This document shows, piece after piece, positions 9,070 through 19,039 of a DNA stretch of 64,000 nucleotides; the first letter of the stretch is position 1, and each line of letters begins with the position of its first letter. This DNA is from a virus. The notes beneath the pieces are model-generated. The model did not search any database and was not told the origin of the DNA. It saw nothing but the letters and a program-made list of their open reading frames with translations. The position numbers and the translations under genes were made by a program. Where the stretch lies: the IMG/VR virus record IMGVR_UViG_3300032236_000971, positions 32,001 to 96,000 of that record, one strand, 5' to 3'.

Positions 9070-9471
9070 ATGATTTTTGAAAATTTGACTGATGAGAATT
9101 TTTTAATTTATTGTGCGAAACATTATGATAATCCTCAATGTCAATCGACAGAAGAGTTTTTAGAAGACCTACAACGCATAAAGTATATTAAGAAGTTGAT
9201 AACAAGATATGTAGAGAGTGGTGATTTGAAAGAGAGATTAATTCTCAATCATATCATCATTCTCTCAAATGTTTTTGGAGCTGATCATTTATCACGTATA
9301 TTATACCTTAAAATGAAGCCACAATACAAGTATATAAAACCATTCCTTGTACTATTAAATATGATGCCAGAGAGGTTGTTAAATATAAAAGATGAAAAGC
9401 TTATTGATACAAATATAATATCAATGGACGAAACGATTATTAAACAGCTAAGAAAATTGACTAATGGATAA
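9070..9471 (+). CDS. Conserved T4-like phage protein upstream of primase
   Basis: YCAKHYDNP...F.EDL.RIKYIK.L...LKERLILNH motif. Confidence 0.75.
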   Translation: MIFENLTDENFLIYCAKHYDNPQCQSTEEFLEDLQRIKYIKKLITRYVESGDLKERLILNHIIILSNVFGADHLSRILYLKMKPQYKYIKPFLVLLNMMPERLLNIKDEKLIDTNIISMDETIIKQLRKLTNG

Positions 9472-9976
9472 TCAAAAGTTAAAACAGTTTATTAAGTTTG
9501 CTGCGCATCAGTTAGGTCTCGAAAAGATTCCTGATGTACATTTCGTTGGTCATGAAGAAGATAAACATAATGCTTTTGGTCATTTTCAGCATTCAGATGA
9601 TGCTATTAAAGTTAGAACAATAGACCGTCACCCATTAGATGTCATGAGAACAGTTGCTCATGAAATGGCGCATTATAAGTGGAGACTCGAAGGTAAGGTT
9701 GGCGACAACGTTGCCGGTGGTGAATCAGAAAATTACGCACATGCTCGTGCGGGAGAAATAATGCGTAAATATGACAACTCACATCCATCAGAATTTAAAG
9801 ATAAACCACTAAAAGAAGATGGAGCAGTGGCGGTAAACGCTATGGGAACTTCAAGTTCAACAGCTGGTACTGGCGGTATTGATACTTTCGATCCTTTATT
9901 ACAGAAGCCAAAGAAAAAGCTTCGTGATGTTCTTTCACGTAAACTACCAGTTGGTTTAAATGGCTCCCGCAAGTGA
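9464..9976 (+). CDS. Putative zinc metallopeptidase
   Basis: RTVAHEMAHY (HEXXH) plus downstream E..A. Confidence 0.65.
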   Translation: MDNQKLKQFIKFAAHQLGLEKIPDVHFVGHEEDKHNAFGHFQHSDDAIKVRTIDRHPLDVMRTVAHEMAHYKWRLEGKVGDNVAGGESENYAHARAGEIMRKYDNSHPSEFKDKPLKEDGAVAVNAMGTSSSTAGTGGIDTFDPLLQKPKKKLRDVLSRKLPVGLNGSRK

Positions 9977-10340
9977 TCGTATAGAAGCAGCAATAGAAAA
10001 ATTAACTAACGTTTCGGTAGAGTTGAAACAGATGTTGGCTGTTCATGAACAACGTATTACTCAGCAAGAAAAAAACTCAAATGATCTTCATGACATTGTT
10101 GAAAAACGTAGAGATGAATTGGACATTAAATTGAAAGATGTTTATAATACAATGCGCGATCAAGATAAAAGTATCGTCGAAGAAATAGCAAAGCTACGTA
10201 AAGAATCAACAGATCAACATAATATACTTCATTCAAAAATAAATCAACTCGAACGTTATATTTACCTAGCGATTGGTGGCGGTATAGTGATTACCTGGAT
10301 TCTAACCAACGCAGCAAATTATCTAAAAATCCTTCACTAA
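9960..10340 (+). CDS. Coiled-coil protein with C-terminal transmembrane helix
   Basis: LAVHEQRI coiled coil and hydrophobic C-terminus. Confidence 0.65.
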   Translation: MAPASDRIEAAIEKLTNVSVELKQMLAVHEQRITQQEKNSNDLHDIVEKRRDELDIKLKDVYNTMRDQDKSIVEEIAKLRKESTDQHNILHSKINQLERYIYLAIGGGIVITWILTNAANYLKILH

Positions 10341-10345
10341 TTCAT

Positions 10346-10373
10346 TTGACTTTTTCGCTAAATCAGGTATAAT
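10346..10373 (+). promoter_or_regulatory. Sigma70-like promoter for primase
   Basis: TTGACT-N16-TATAAT. Confidence 0.7.
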
Positions 10374-10401
10374 ATTACTGTGATTACGATGGAGGTTATT
10401 A

Positions 10402-11430
10402 ATGCTTTGGTTAGAACACAAATATGTTGGTTTGATTTCCAGTCACCTACGCAACTTCAAACGTAAATCCTCTGGTCTTTATAACTTTTCCTGCCCTATC
10501 TGCGGGGATAGTAACACCATAAAGAACAAAGCTAGAGGTTATATCTATGACAAGAAGGGTAAGATGCTCTTTCATTGTCATAACTGTAACGCCACTATGG
10601 CTGTTCCAAACTTCATCAAGATGGTCGATCAGAACCTCTATAACGAGTTTGTTATGGAGAAGTTAAAGGATAACAAGACACCTGAACAGGTAGAGCTTGA
10701 ATCATTCGTTGATAAGATGAAGAAGCCGATCTTTCTGAAGGAAGGTCCGTTGAAGGGGTTGAAGAAGGTTTCTCAGCTATCACCAGATCATCGAGTGAAG
10801 AAGCTTGTCGATTCAAGAAAGATACCTACTCCCTATCACGCCAAGCTTTTCAGCTGCCCGAACTTCAAAAAGTTTACGAACGATTTGGTTCCTCATAAGT
10901 TTACAGAGGAATCGTTGGCGCATGATGAGACTAGGCTTCTTATTCCCTTCATTGATTCTACTAAAAAAGTACATGCATTTCAAGGACGAGCTTTGGGCGA
11001 ATCAAAGGTTAAGTACATCACTATCATACTTGATGAGTCAGTTCCAAAGGTGTATGGTCTAGATACAGTCAACTTCAACAGACCAGTTTATGTGACGGAG
11101 GGTCCAATTGATTCTATGTTTATCGATAATAGTATTGCTACTGCTGGCGGTGATCTTGTCTCTGCTCTTGGTCCTCTTCAGTCCTACAAATCTTCTATGG
11201 TGATCGTTTATGATAATGAACCAAGGTCGCGTGAGACAATAAAAAAGCTTGATAAAGCGATCATGCAGGGGTATAATATTGTAATATGGCCAGAGAACCT
11301 AGAGCATAAAGACATCAACGATATGGTTCTCGCAGGTATGAGTTCCGAGTTTATTACGCATATCCTGAAGACAAATACCTACCGAGATCTAGCTGCAAAA
11401 CTGGCACTGACTAAATGGAGCAAATTGTGA
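10402..11430 (+). CDS. gp61: DNA primase
   Basis: CPICGDS...CHNC zinc finger; EGPIDS, YDNE and KDIND TOPRIM motifs. Confidence 0.95.
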   Translation: MLWLEHKYVGLISSHLRNFKRKSSGLYNFSCPICGDSNTIKNKARGYIYDKKGKMLFHCHNCNATMAVPNFIKMVDQNLYNEFVMEKLKDNKTPEQVELESFVDKMKKPIFLKEGPLKGLKKVSQLSPDHRVKKLVDSRKIPTPYHAKLFSCPNFKKFTNDLVPHKFTEESLAHDETRLLIPFIDSTKKVHAFQGRALGESKVKYITIILDESVPKVYGLDTVNFNRPVYVTEGPIDSMFIDNSIATAGGDLVSALGPLQSYKSSMVIVYDNEPRSRETIKKLDKAIMQGYNIVIWPENLEHKDINDMVLAGMSSEFITHILKTNTYRDLAAKLALTKWSKL

Positions 11431-11660
11431 TGGAAGAGCGAATTAAACAACTTGCTGAAGAAGCTGGTTTTCTCACCGAGAATGGTAAATTCTACGCTGA
11501 TTCTTTTGATGCAATCAATAACGAGGTTGAAGAATTTGCCAAGTTGATTATCGAAAAATGTATGGAAATTGCTGATATGGCATTTACAGAGCAGTATGAT
11601 TTATTTCTACCATCAGAGTTAATTGCTAAACATTTTGGCATGGAGGTTGAATATGAATGA
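11430..11660 (+). CDS. Hypothetical protein
   Basis: TGATG-coupled ORF. Confidence 0.6.
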   Translation: MEERIKQLAEEAGFLTENGKFYADSFDAINNEVEEFAKLIIEKCMEIADMAFTEQYDLFLPSELIAKHFGMEVEYE

Positions 11661-12060
11661 TGACATCGTTCAACGTATTGATAAGCTGATACTCGGCTGG
11701 GAACGCGAGTATGGTATCACCAACAAGACGATGGTCGATGCTATGCTAACAATCATTGATTTGCGTTCAAAGATGCCTGGATATGATGATCTTCATACGA
11801 TTATTAAAAAACAAGAAGAAGAGATTCATATGCTTCGTGCTCAGTGTCTTATTCGTAAAGATATGATTGAGAAACTAAAGTCTGGTCCTGGTGGTATTAT
11901 GGAAATGAAGCAGACTATTGCTAATTTAGAAAAGTACCGTGATCTTGTAGAGTATATCAATAGCGACTATGTCGAGTTAAGTTACGAGAAAGCGCAATGG
12001 CAACGTGATGATTGGCGCAAACGTTGTACTAAACTTATTATTGAGGATCATACTAAATGA
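11653..12060 (+). CDS. Hypothetical protein
   Basis: GGAGG RBS; coupled to neighbours. Confidence 0.6.
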   Translation: MNDDIVQRIDKLILGWEREYGITNKTMVDAMLTIIDLRSKMPGYDDLHTIIKKQEEEIHMLRAQCLIRKDMIEKLKSGPGGIMEMKQTIANLEKYRDLVEYINSDYVELSYEKAQWQRDDWRKRCTKLIIEDHTK

Positions 12061-12338
12061 CTGGGTATCAATCAAAGAAGTTGATGGCTGAAATGCGATT
12101 TGAAAACGAAGATCCTAATATGTTCTACAACCTACGTCACCTGAAGCAGTTTCAGGAACGTACCAACTCGGACAAAACAAAATGGTTTTGTTCTTGGGAT
12201 AAAGAAAATATCATTATCTACGATAACAAAAACAATATCATTTGTAAGCTTGACGATATTGTTTTAGCCGAGTATATTACAAGCCTACATAATATGTCTA
12301 TTAGAATGATCAAAGAAGTGGAATCAAAATATGAATAA
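12057..12338 (+). CDS. Hypothetical protein
   Basis: GAGG RBS; ATGA overlap. Confidence 0.6.
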   Translation: MTGYQSKKLMAEMRFENEDPNMFYNLRHLKQFQERTNSDKTKWFCSWDKENIIIYDNKNNIICKLDDIVLAEYITSLHNMSIRMIKEVESKYE

Positions 12339-13047
12339 TGCTAAAATTATTGCTATCACACAACCATTGTTGCATAAAGGTGGTGATGTTATCTATGACG
12401 AATCTGGATTTATTATTGGCGAGGCTGATGGACCAAAACTTACTGTAGATGAGTTTATTGCTTATGTTGCTCGTGTATCTAATCCATCAAACCAAAACAA
12501 CACATTGACTGCACCAAAGCTGCTTCGTTATCTAGCCAAGCATAAGCACTGGTCGCCATTTGAGATGGTCAATGTGGTTATGGAAATAAATACTACTAGA
12601 GACATTGGTCGTCAGATCCTTCGTCACCGTTCCTTTACCTTTCAGGAGTTTAGTCAGCGCTATGCGGATCCAACCAAAGATATGGGTTTCGTCACTCGTG
12701 CCGCCCGTTTGCAAGATACAGCCAATCGCCAGAATTCCATCGAAACTACCGATGAAATACTACAGCAAAAGTGGACTGAGTATCAAGACTTCTTGTCGCA
12801 ACACTCACAGCAAGTTTACCAGTGGGCTATCAATAACGGTATAGCAAAGGAGCAAGCACGTGCGGTATTACCTGAAGGACTTATTCTTAGCCGCATGTAT
12901 ATGGCTGGCAGTCTTCGCTCTTGGATTCATTATTGCCAACTGAGGTCTGGCGTTGAGACTCAGAAAGAGCATCGCGAGATTGCTATTGATGCTTGGTATC
13001 AGATTATCGAGCATTTCCCATCTCTTAAAGATGCCCTCGATCTATAA
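12331..13047 (+). CDS. thyX: Flavin-dependent thymidylate synthase
   Basis: HWSPFE and RHRSFTFQEFSQRY ThyX motifs. Confidence 0.95.
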   Translation: MNNAKIIAITQPLLHKGGDVIYDESGFIIGEADGPKLTVDEFIAYVARVSNPSNQNNTLTAPKLLRYLAKHKHWSPFEMVNVVMEINTTRDIGRQILRHRSFTFQEFSQRYADPTKDMGFVTRAARLQDTANRQNSIETTDEILQQKWTEYQDFLSQHSQQVYQWAINNGIAKEQARAVLPEGLILSRMYMAGSLRSWIHYCQLRSGVETQKEHREIAIDAWYQIIEHFPSLKDALDL

Positions 13048-13050
13048 ATA
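13043..13050 (+). promoter_or_regulatory. T4-type late promoter for the curli/cyclase operon
   Basis: TATAAATA 20 nt upstream of the csgF start. Confidence 0.75.
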
Positions 13051-13070
13051 GCGGGTAATGGAGATTAAAG

Positions 13071-13508
13071 ATGAAGAAATTAGCGTTTATACTATGCCTA
13101 ATTTCTTCTGCTTCTTTTGCTACTGAAGTTCAATTTGGGTTTAAGAGTCCGTCGTTTAACGGTAATGGTTACTCTTCTCATGTACTTACTATTGAGAATC
13201 TCGAAGCAACAAGAAAACAGAAGATATTAGACGACGCAAAGGCAGCGGCTGAGAAGGCAGCTTCCGATGCTAAGAACACGAACCTTGCTAAGTTTTTAAA
13301 CAACTTAGAGAGCCGTATTTACGCTACTATTTCTCAGAACATTGCTTCAGAGCTATTTAAGTCTGGTGGAGCTACTACGGGAGCGTTTGATATTCAGGGT
13401 AATCATTTACAGTGGGTATCAGACGGTTCAACTATAACATTAAACATTACAGATCCGGGTGGAAGTGTGACGCAGGTGGTTGTTCCTTATGGGAGTTTAG
13501 CATGGTAA
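13071..13508 (+). CDS. csgF: Curli assembly protein CsgF-like
   Basis: Signal peptide, then F.FKSPSF.G.G..S.....EN and F..NLESRIY motifs; directly before csgG. Confidence 0.8.
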   Translation: MKKLAFILCLISSASFATEVQFGFKSPSFNGNGYSSHVLTIENLEATRKQKILDDAKAAAEKAASDAKNTNLAKFLNNLESRIYATISQNIASELFKSGGATTGAFDIQGNHLQWVSDGSTITLNITDPGGSVTQVVVPYGSLAW

Positions 13509-14311
13509 AGTATGCGGCATTAGCATTAGCATTGTTACTTGGTGGGTGCACGGGTAAGCAGGTAACTCAGGCTGAGATTGAAAAGCAGATTGACGAGCCA
13601 GAGATCATTACGCACAAGCGTTTTAATGAGATAGTAAACATCACCCCTCCAGCCGAAGATCCTATTCCTATTGCTGTTTATCGCTTTCAGGATCTAACAG
13701 GTCAACGTAAGCCTAATAATAATTATGCTTCACTTAGCTCGGCAGTAACACAGGGCGCTGAAGTATTCCTTATTAAGGCATTAAAGGATGCAGGTAACGG
13801 TAAGTGGTTCCTTCCAGTTGAGCGTGTAGGACTTGAAAACCTAGTAAAGGAACGTCAGCTTATCCGTTCACAAAGAGAAACATATGAAAAGGATCAGGCA
13901 AAGCCTCTAGTTCCTTTAATTGTAGCAGGGAGTATGATTGATGGCGGTATTGTGGGATATGATACTGATATTGGGACTGGTGGTATTGGCGCTCGTTTTC
14001 TTGGTATTGGAGCCGATCAACAGTATAGAAAAGACGAAATCACGGTCATGGTCCGATTGATATCTGTAAATACAGGTGAAATACTACTATCTACAGGGGC
14101 TACTAAAACAATTTATTCTACTGGTACTAATTTAAATGTATTGAAGTTTGTTGATGCTGGTACTAAGTCAGTAGAGTTTGAAGCTGGTTCGTCTATTAAT
14201 GAACCTACTACCTATGCTGTAAGAATTGCTATTGAAGCAGCGATTGTTGATATGATTAAAGAGGGCGCAAAGAAGAAAATATGGTCGTTTAAAAAGGAAA
14301 AAAAGAAATGA
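13502..14311 (+). CDS. csgG: Curli secretion channel lipoprotein CsgG
   Basis: Lipobox LLGGC; AVY.F.DLTGQRK, S.AVTQG and ERVGL.NL.KERQLIR CsgG motifs. Confidence 0.92.
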   Translation: MVKYAALALALLLGGCTGKQVTQAEIEKQIDEPEIITHKRFNEIVNITPPAEDPIPIAVYRFQDLTGQRKPNNNYASLSSAVTQGAEVFLIKALKDAGNGKWFLPVERVGLENLVKERQLIRSQRETYEKDQAKPLVPLIVAGSMIDGGIVGYDTDIGTGGIGARFLGIGADQQYRKDEITVMVRLISVNTGEILLSTGATKTIYSTGTNLNVLKFVDAGTKSVEFEAGSSINEPTTYAVRIAIEAAIVDMIKEGAKKKIWSFKKEKKK

Positions 14312-14985
14312 AACTAGTAGCAAGGATGATCGCGTTTTTGACATTCTTGGTTATGATTCAGTATGCGCATGCGGGAAGTAATAATAGTATCTATATTGAT
14401 CAAATTGGTGATGGTTCTAATATAACTTTGACGCAAACTGGTAGTGGAAACGGAATCGGTTCATCATCAAATCGATCTTCGTTTAATGGCAATAACTTAA
14501 CGGTAACAGTATCTCAAATAGGTAATCAAAATAACCAACTAATCAACGTGGTTGGTGATGGTGTAACATTGAATTCAACTATCACTGGAAATACGAACCA
14601 GGTTGATATTGATTGTACATCTTGTACGGCTTCGTCTATAACTAGTTCGGTAACAGGTAGCAGTAACCTTGTTACTATAACTAATGAGAATTTAAACAAT
14701 ACAGCTTTAACAATTGAATCTGATAATAACACTGTAACATTAACTAATAATTCCACAGCGGTTGCTGGCGTGAATAATGTCATCAATATCTCTGGGGGTA
14801 ACGGTAACCAATTGATTTTAAGTCAGACTGGTCCAGCTGGCGCTCTTGGTCACAAAGTTGATTTAGCAGTAACTGGTGCACTTAATAATGTTCAAATAGG
14901 ACAAGGTGGATCAGTTGACTCAGTCGTTAATAGTACGATCACTGGCTCTAGCAACACTCTTATTATTAAGTCTAACCACAACTAA
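14308..14985 (+). CDS. Curlin-like (CsgA/CsgB-type repeat) secreted protein
   Basis: Signal peptide; N/S/G/T-rich Q.G..N repeats. Confidence 0.75.
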   Translation: MKLVARMIAFLTFLVMIQYAHAGSNNSIYIDQIGDGSNITLTQTGSGNGIGSSSNRSSFNGNNLTVTVSQIGNQNNQLINVVGDGVTLNSTITGNTNQVDIDCTSCTASSITSSVTGSSNLVTITNENLNNTALTIESDNNTVTLTNNSTAVAGVNNVINISGGNGNQLILSQTGPAGALGHKVDLAVTGALNNVQIGQGGSVDSVVNSTITGSSNTLIIKSNHN

Positions 14986-16021
14986 CGCTGAGGTTGGCAA
15001 GGTCACAGAGCAATCTGGACCTACTGAAATACGCAGAGATAAGAATTCTTTACCTAGCTCTATCTCTTCTGAGGTGGAGATGAACGACGTTATAACTACA
15101 GCTAATGCAAAAGCTGGTATTACGTTTAAAGACGATACAAAGGTACAGATAACCGAGCAGAGTAAACTTGTTATTGATACGTTTGTTTATGATGGTGAAA
15201 AGAAAACGGGTAAGCTCGGTATAAAAATGGCGCTTGGCACTATTAAGTACGCCAGTGGCCAAATAGCAAAGAATGATCCAACTCAGGTTATGGTTGAAAC
15301 GCCAACAGCAACGATTGGTGTAAGAGGCACAGATTTTTCAGGAACTGTAGATGAAACAGGAAGATCAACTATTATATTGCTACCTTCTTGCCCAAGCGGC
15401 TGGAAGAATATTGATCGCGATTGTGTCACTGGGAATATTAGCGTTACTACTATCATGGGTACTGTCTGGTTAACTAAACCGTTTGAGTCAGTTACAGTTA
15501 ATACAACTATCGCTCAACCTAAGTCAGCTATACTAAATCTTAGTTTAGATCAAATCAATAATATGCTGATCGTTACGCCGCCTAAAGAAGTAAGGGAAGA
15601 AAGAACTAGAACACAAACTAAAGCATTTAACTTCCTCGATCAAAACTTTCTTGATAAAGATTTATTAAAATATGATGGCCTTGATAATAATGCGTTGGAT
15701 AAACCGAATGTATTAGATAGAAACGCATTAGATAGTGATTACCTAATGAACGCATTAGACGTTATAGCTAATCAGTTTCTTAGTAACGAGCTTGATCAAT
15801 ATAACGCACTGCTGCCTAAATACGATAAATCAACTGGTTTGAAATTTACTGTTGATAGTGAAGTTTTAAATTTATATCGTGAAACAGTAAGTAACTACTA
15901 TGATATCAATTTAAATATCTATAGAAGTTTAACACTGAATCTTACTCAAGATAATTTGACAATTAAACAATTAGTAAATGGACCTGGTACTACTACGATA
16001 ACAATAAAGCAGGGCAACTGA
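14906..16021 (+). CDS. FecR-domain periplasmic protein
   Basis: Signal peptide; F.DDT.V...EQS.L.ID and TPTATIGVRGTDF FecR motifs; start overlaps the curlin gene. Confidence 0.85.
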   Translation: MDQLTQSLIVRSLALATLLLLSLTTTNAEVGKVTEQSGPTEIRRDKNSLPSSISSEVEMNDVITTANAKAGITFKDDTKVQITEQSKLVIDTFVYDGEKKTGKLGIKMALGTIKYASGQIAKNDPTQVMVETPTATIGVRGTDFSGTVDETGRSTIILLPSCPSGWKNIDRDCVTGNISVTTIMGTVWLTKPFESVTVNTTIAQPKSAILNLSLDQINNMLIVTPPKEVREERTRTQTKAFNFLDQNFLDKDLLKYDGLDNNALDKPNVLDRNALDSDYLMNALDVIANQFLSNELDQYNALLPKYDKSTGLKFTVDSEVLNLYRETVSNYYDINLNIYRSLTLNLTQDNLTIKQLVNGPGTTTITIKQGN

Positions 16022-16284
16022 TGAAAACATTACTCGCACTTCTATTAATGACAACACCTGCTTTCTCGCAGACAGTAAATAATGCAACCGTGAATTTACA
16101 AGGAGCTAATCAAAGTGTTAGTATTACTCAGTTTGGCAGTGATAAATCTGCTACCGTTACTTTTAATGGGTATGGGCTTAATGCAATTATCAGTCAATCG
16201 GGTTCTAATCCTCAGTCTTTTTCTTTATCTGTTACTTGTACTAGCTCTTGTCCTACTTCACCTTACATCATTAACCAATACTGA
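16021..16284 (+). CDS. Small secreted curlin-repeat-like protein
   Basis: Signal peptide; Q.G repeats; C-x3-C as in the larger curlin. Confidence 0.6.
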   Translation: MKTLLALLLMTTPAFSQTVNNATVNLQGANQSVSITQFGSDKSATVTFNGYGLNAIISQSGSNPQSFSLSVTCTSSCPTSPYIINQY

Positions 16285-18341
16285 TGGAAACGCTAGGCAA
16301 ATATCTTACAAGCACATGGGCAGCTGCTATCAGCGCCTGTCTCCTGTTGATATTGTATGTAATCAATCCAAGCTTCATCCAAACACTACAATTGAAGACA
16401 TTCGATTACCTGATAACTTCGCTTGACAAAAAGCAATCAGAAGAGATTGTAATTGTTAACTTTGGCGAAAAGTCAGTAAAGCAATTTGGTCAGTGGCCAT
16501 TTGATCGCCGAGATATTGCTAAGACAATTGAAAAGCTTAAAGAACACGAAGCAGCCGTTATAGTTGCTCCTATATTATTTTCTGAAAAAGACAGAGCAGG
16601 TGGTGATGATGAATTGGCTAATAGTCTCGGAGGTGTTGTTATTGCTCAAACACCTACTACGCAAAATGTTCCACCTGACGCTGTACGTCGTGGGTTTGCT
16701 GCTATTGGTCCTGTTGATCCTATCAGCTATGTCTATCGTTGGAATGGTGGATTACGCCCTATTAATAAGCTGGCAGAATCTGCTGAAGGAGTCGGCGTTC
16801 TCGCCACTATCCCTGAAATCGATGGCGTTGTCCGTCGTGTCCCTCTACTTGTTAATATTGCAGGTAATCTTTATCCATCATTACCTCTTGAAACCCTTCG
16901 TGTCGCTGCTGGTGATCCTTCCTATCAAATTAAAACAGGTGATGCTGGGCTTGAGTTTGTGCGCATACCTGCTTTTCCTGCTGTTCCTGTCGACGAAAGA
17001 GGGCGTGTTTGGGCAACATGGAATACAAAGTTCGAAGAGGTAGAAGCAACGGAAATTGATGACAGAGTCAAAGGTAAGATAGTAGTTCTTGGCTTGACTA
17101 TTGAAGGCGTTGGCGGTATAATCAGTACTGCAATGGGTGAAAAATGGGCGCATTCGATACAGGCTAGTACGCTTCAAACACTTATTGATGGAACTTCTAT
17201 TTCTCGCCTATCCGTAGCAAGGCTATTAGAAGGAATACTAATACTAGGAATACTGCTCCTATTTCTGTATAGCGTTCCAAAAGTGTCTGTAAAGATGACA
17301 GTTCCATTTTATGCTCTCTTTATTGCGAGTATATCTTATGGCTCGTATTATTTATTTCAAACCCAGCTTCAGCTGTGGGATCCTAGCTATCTAATTCTAT
17401 CTGGATCAATACTATTTGCTCACCTAATATTCAATAACTTTGCTCGTGAGTTTAGATTAAAGCAACAGATCAAGAAGCAATTTGGTACATACTTATCGCC
17501 AGCATTAGTTGAAAAACTTCAAAAGAACCCTGAATTACTTAAATTGGGAGGAGAGACCCGTGAGTTATCGATCATGTTCACAGACGTTCGCGGCTTTACT
17601 AATATTAGTGAGCATTATGGAGCTGACGTACAAGGTCTTACTCAAATAATGAATCGCTATATGACAGCGATGACTGCTAAGATTATTCAGAACGAGGGCA
17701 CACTAGATAAGTATATCGGTGACGCTCAGATGGCATTTTGGAATGCGCCACTTGATGATAAAGAACACGCTAAACATGCAGTTAAAACAGCATTGGAGAT
17801 GTTAGATGACCTCAAAAGATTTAACACCGAGATTTTGGCTGAAGGTATCCCTGCCTTTGGTATGGGTCTTGGCATTAATACAGGTAGTGTCGTTGTGGGG
17901 AACATGGGATCTTCTCAGCGTTTTGATTACACCTGTCTTGGCGATTCTGTTAACCTGGCAAGTCGTTTGGAAGGACAATCAAAACCATACCATGTGAAAA
18001 TGGTTATTGGTCCTGAAACATATGAGTATGTTAAGGATGAATATCTATGCTTAGAGCTTGATTGTCTCGCTGTTAAGGGTAAGGCAATAGGTGTTAAAAT
18101 ATACACTATTGTTAATAAGAATGGTTTGAATATTGCAGCTTCGCGTTCGCATGCACAGTTTTTAGAATACTATCGTCAGATGGCATGGGGTAAAGCTCTT
18201 GAGTATATTCCTTACATAGAAAGAGCTTTTGAAGGTGAAATGAAAGAATACTATAAGATGATGGCTGAACGTATTGAAGAGTATAAAGTTAATCCGTTAC
18301 CAAAAGATTGGGATGGCGTATATAGGACAAACTCAAAATGA
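16284..18341 (+). CDS. CHASE2-domain class III adenylate cyclase
   Basis: GQWPF.R and DGVVRRVP CHASE2 motifs; 3 TM helices; FTDVRGFT, DKYIGDA and YTCLGDSVNLASRLE catalytic motifs. Confidence 0.93.
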   Translation: METLGKYLTSTWAAAISACLLLILYVINPSFIQTLQLKTFDYLITSLDKKQSEEIVIVNFGEKSVKQFGQWPFDRRDIAKTIEKLKEHEAAVIVAPILFSEKDRAGGDDELANSLGGVVIAQTPTTQNVPPDAVRRGFAAIGPVDPISYVYRWNGGLRPINKLAESAEGVGVLATIPEIDGVVRRVPLLVNIAGNLYPSLPLETLRVAAGDPSYQIKTGDAGLEFVRIPAFPAVPVDERGRVWATWNTKFEEVEATEIDDRVKGKIVVLGLTIEGVGGIISTAMGEKWAHSIQASTLQTLIDGTSISRLSVARLLEGILILGILLLFLYSVPKVSVKMTVPFYALFIASISYGSYYLFQTQLQLWDPSYLILSGSILFAHLIFNNFAREFRLKQQIKKQFGTYLSPALVEKLQKNPELLKLGGETRELSIMFTDVRGFTNISEHYGADVQGLTQIMNRYMTAMTAKIIQNEGTLDKYIGDAQMAFWNAPLDDKEHAKHAVKTALEMLDDLKRFNTEILAEGIPAFGMGLGINTGSVVVGNMGSSQRFDYTCLGDSVNLASRLEGQSKPYHVKMVIGPETYEYVKDEYLCLELDCLAVKGKAIGVKIYTIVNKNGLNIAASRSHAQFLEYYRQMAWGKALEYIPYIERAFEGEMKEYYKMMAERIEEYKVNPLPKDWDGVYRTNSK

Positions 18342-19039
18342 TTTCATTTGTAATACCTTGCTATAACGAAGAAGCACATATTAAAGATTGTATTCGCTCT
18401 ATCAGAAAACATATATGGTATATACCTTATGAAATTATTGTAGTTGATAATAACTGTACAGATAGAACTGCTGAAATTGCGGAAGAAGAGCTTGCGAAAG
18501 TTGTTAAAGAAACACGTAAGGGTGTTGTATTTGCAAGACAAGCTGGTTACGAAGCTGCAACTGGTTGGCTGATTGCTAATATCGATGCTGATTCTAAGAT
18601 AACCGATGGATGGGTTTGGGAAGCAATGAGTATGTTATCAAACCATGATACTGTCGCAGTAACTGGTCCATTAGAATACGAAGGTGCTGGTTTAGGTTTA
18701 CGTATAATGACGAAGCTGTATTACCTGCTTGCTAAGTTTAGTAACGATCATATTGGCGTGTTTCTTCAAGGAGGCAACTGCATGATCAAGAAGAAAGCTT
18801 TAGATGAAGTTGGTGGTTACGATGGTACTATTATTTTCTACGGCGAAGATACGATGACTGCAAAACGCATACAGCACCTCGGTAAAGTTGTATTCAATAT
18901 GTATATGGTAACAACAACGTCACCAAGAAGGCTTAAAGAGCAAGGCGTCATAAAAACTACATGGTTATATCTTACTAATTATTTTTCTGTGACTTTCAAA
19001 AATAAATCTACAACTAACGACTATAAGGATTTTAGATGA
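18338..19039 (+). CDS. Family 2 glycosyltransferase
   Basis: IPCYNEE, VVDNN.TD, DAD, GED and SPRR motifs. Confidence 0.88.
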   Translation: MISFVIPCYNEEAHIKDCIRSIRKHIWYIPYEIIVVDNNCTDRTAEIAEEELAKVVKETRKGVVFARQAGYEAATGWLIANIDADSKITDGWVWEAMSMLSNHDTVAVTGPLEYEGAGLGLRIMTKLYYLLAKFSNDHIGVFLQGGNCMIKKKALDEVGGYDGTIIFYGEDTMTAKRIQHLGKVVFNMYMVTTTSPRRLKEQGVIKTTWLYLTNYFSVTFKNKSTTNDYKDFR

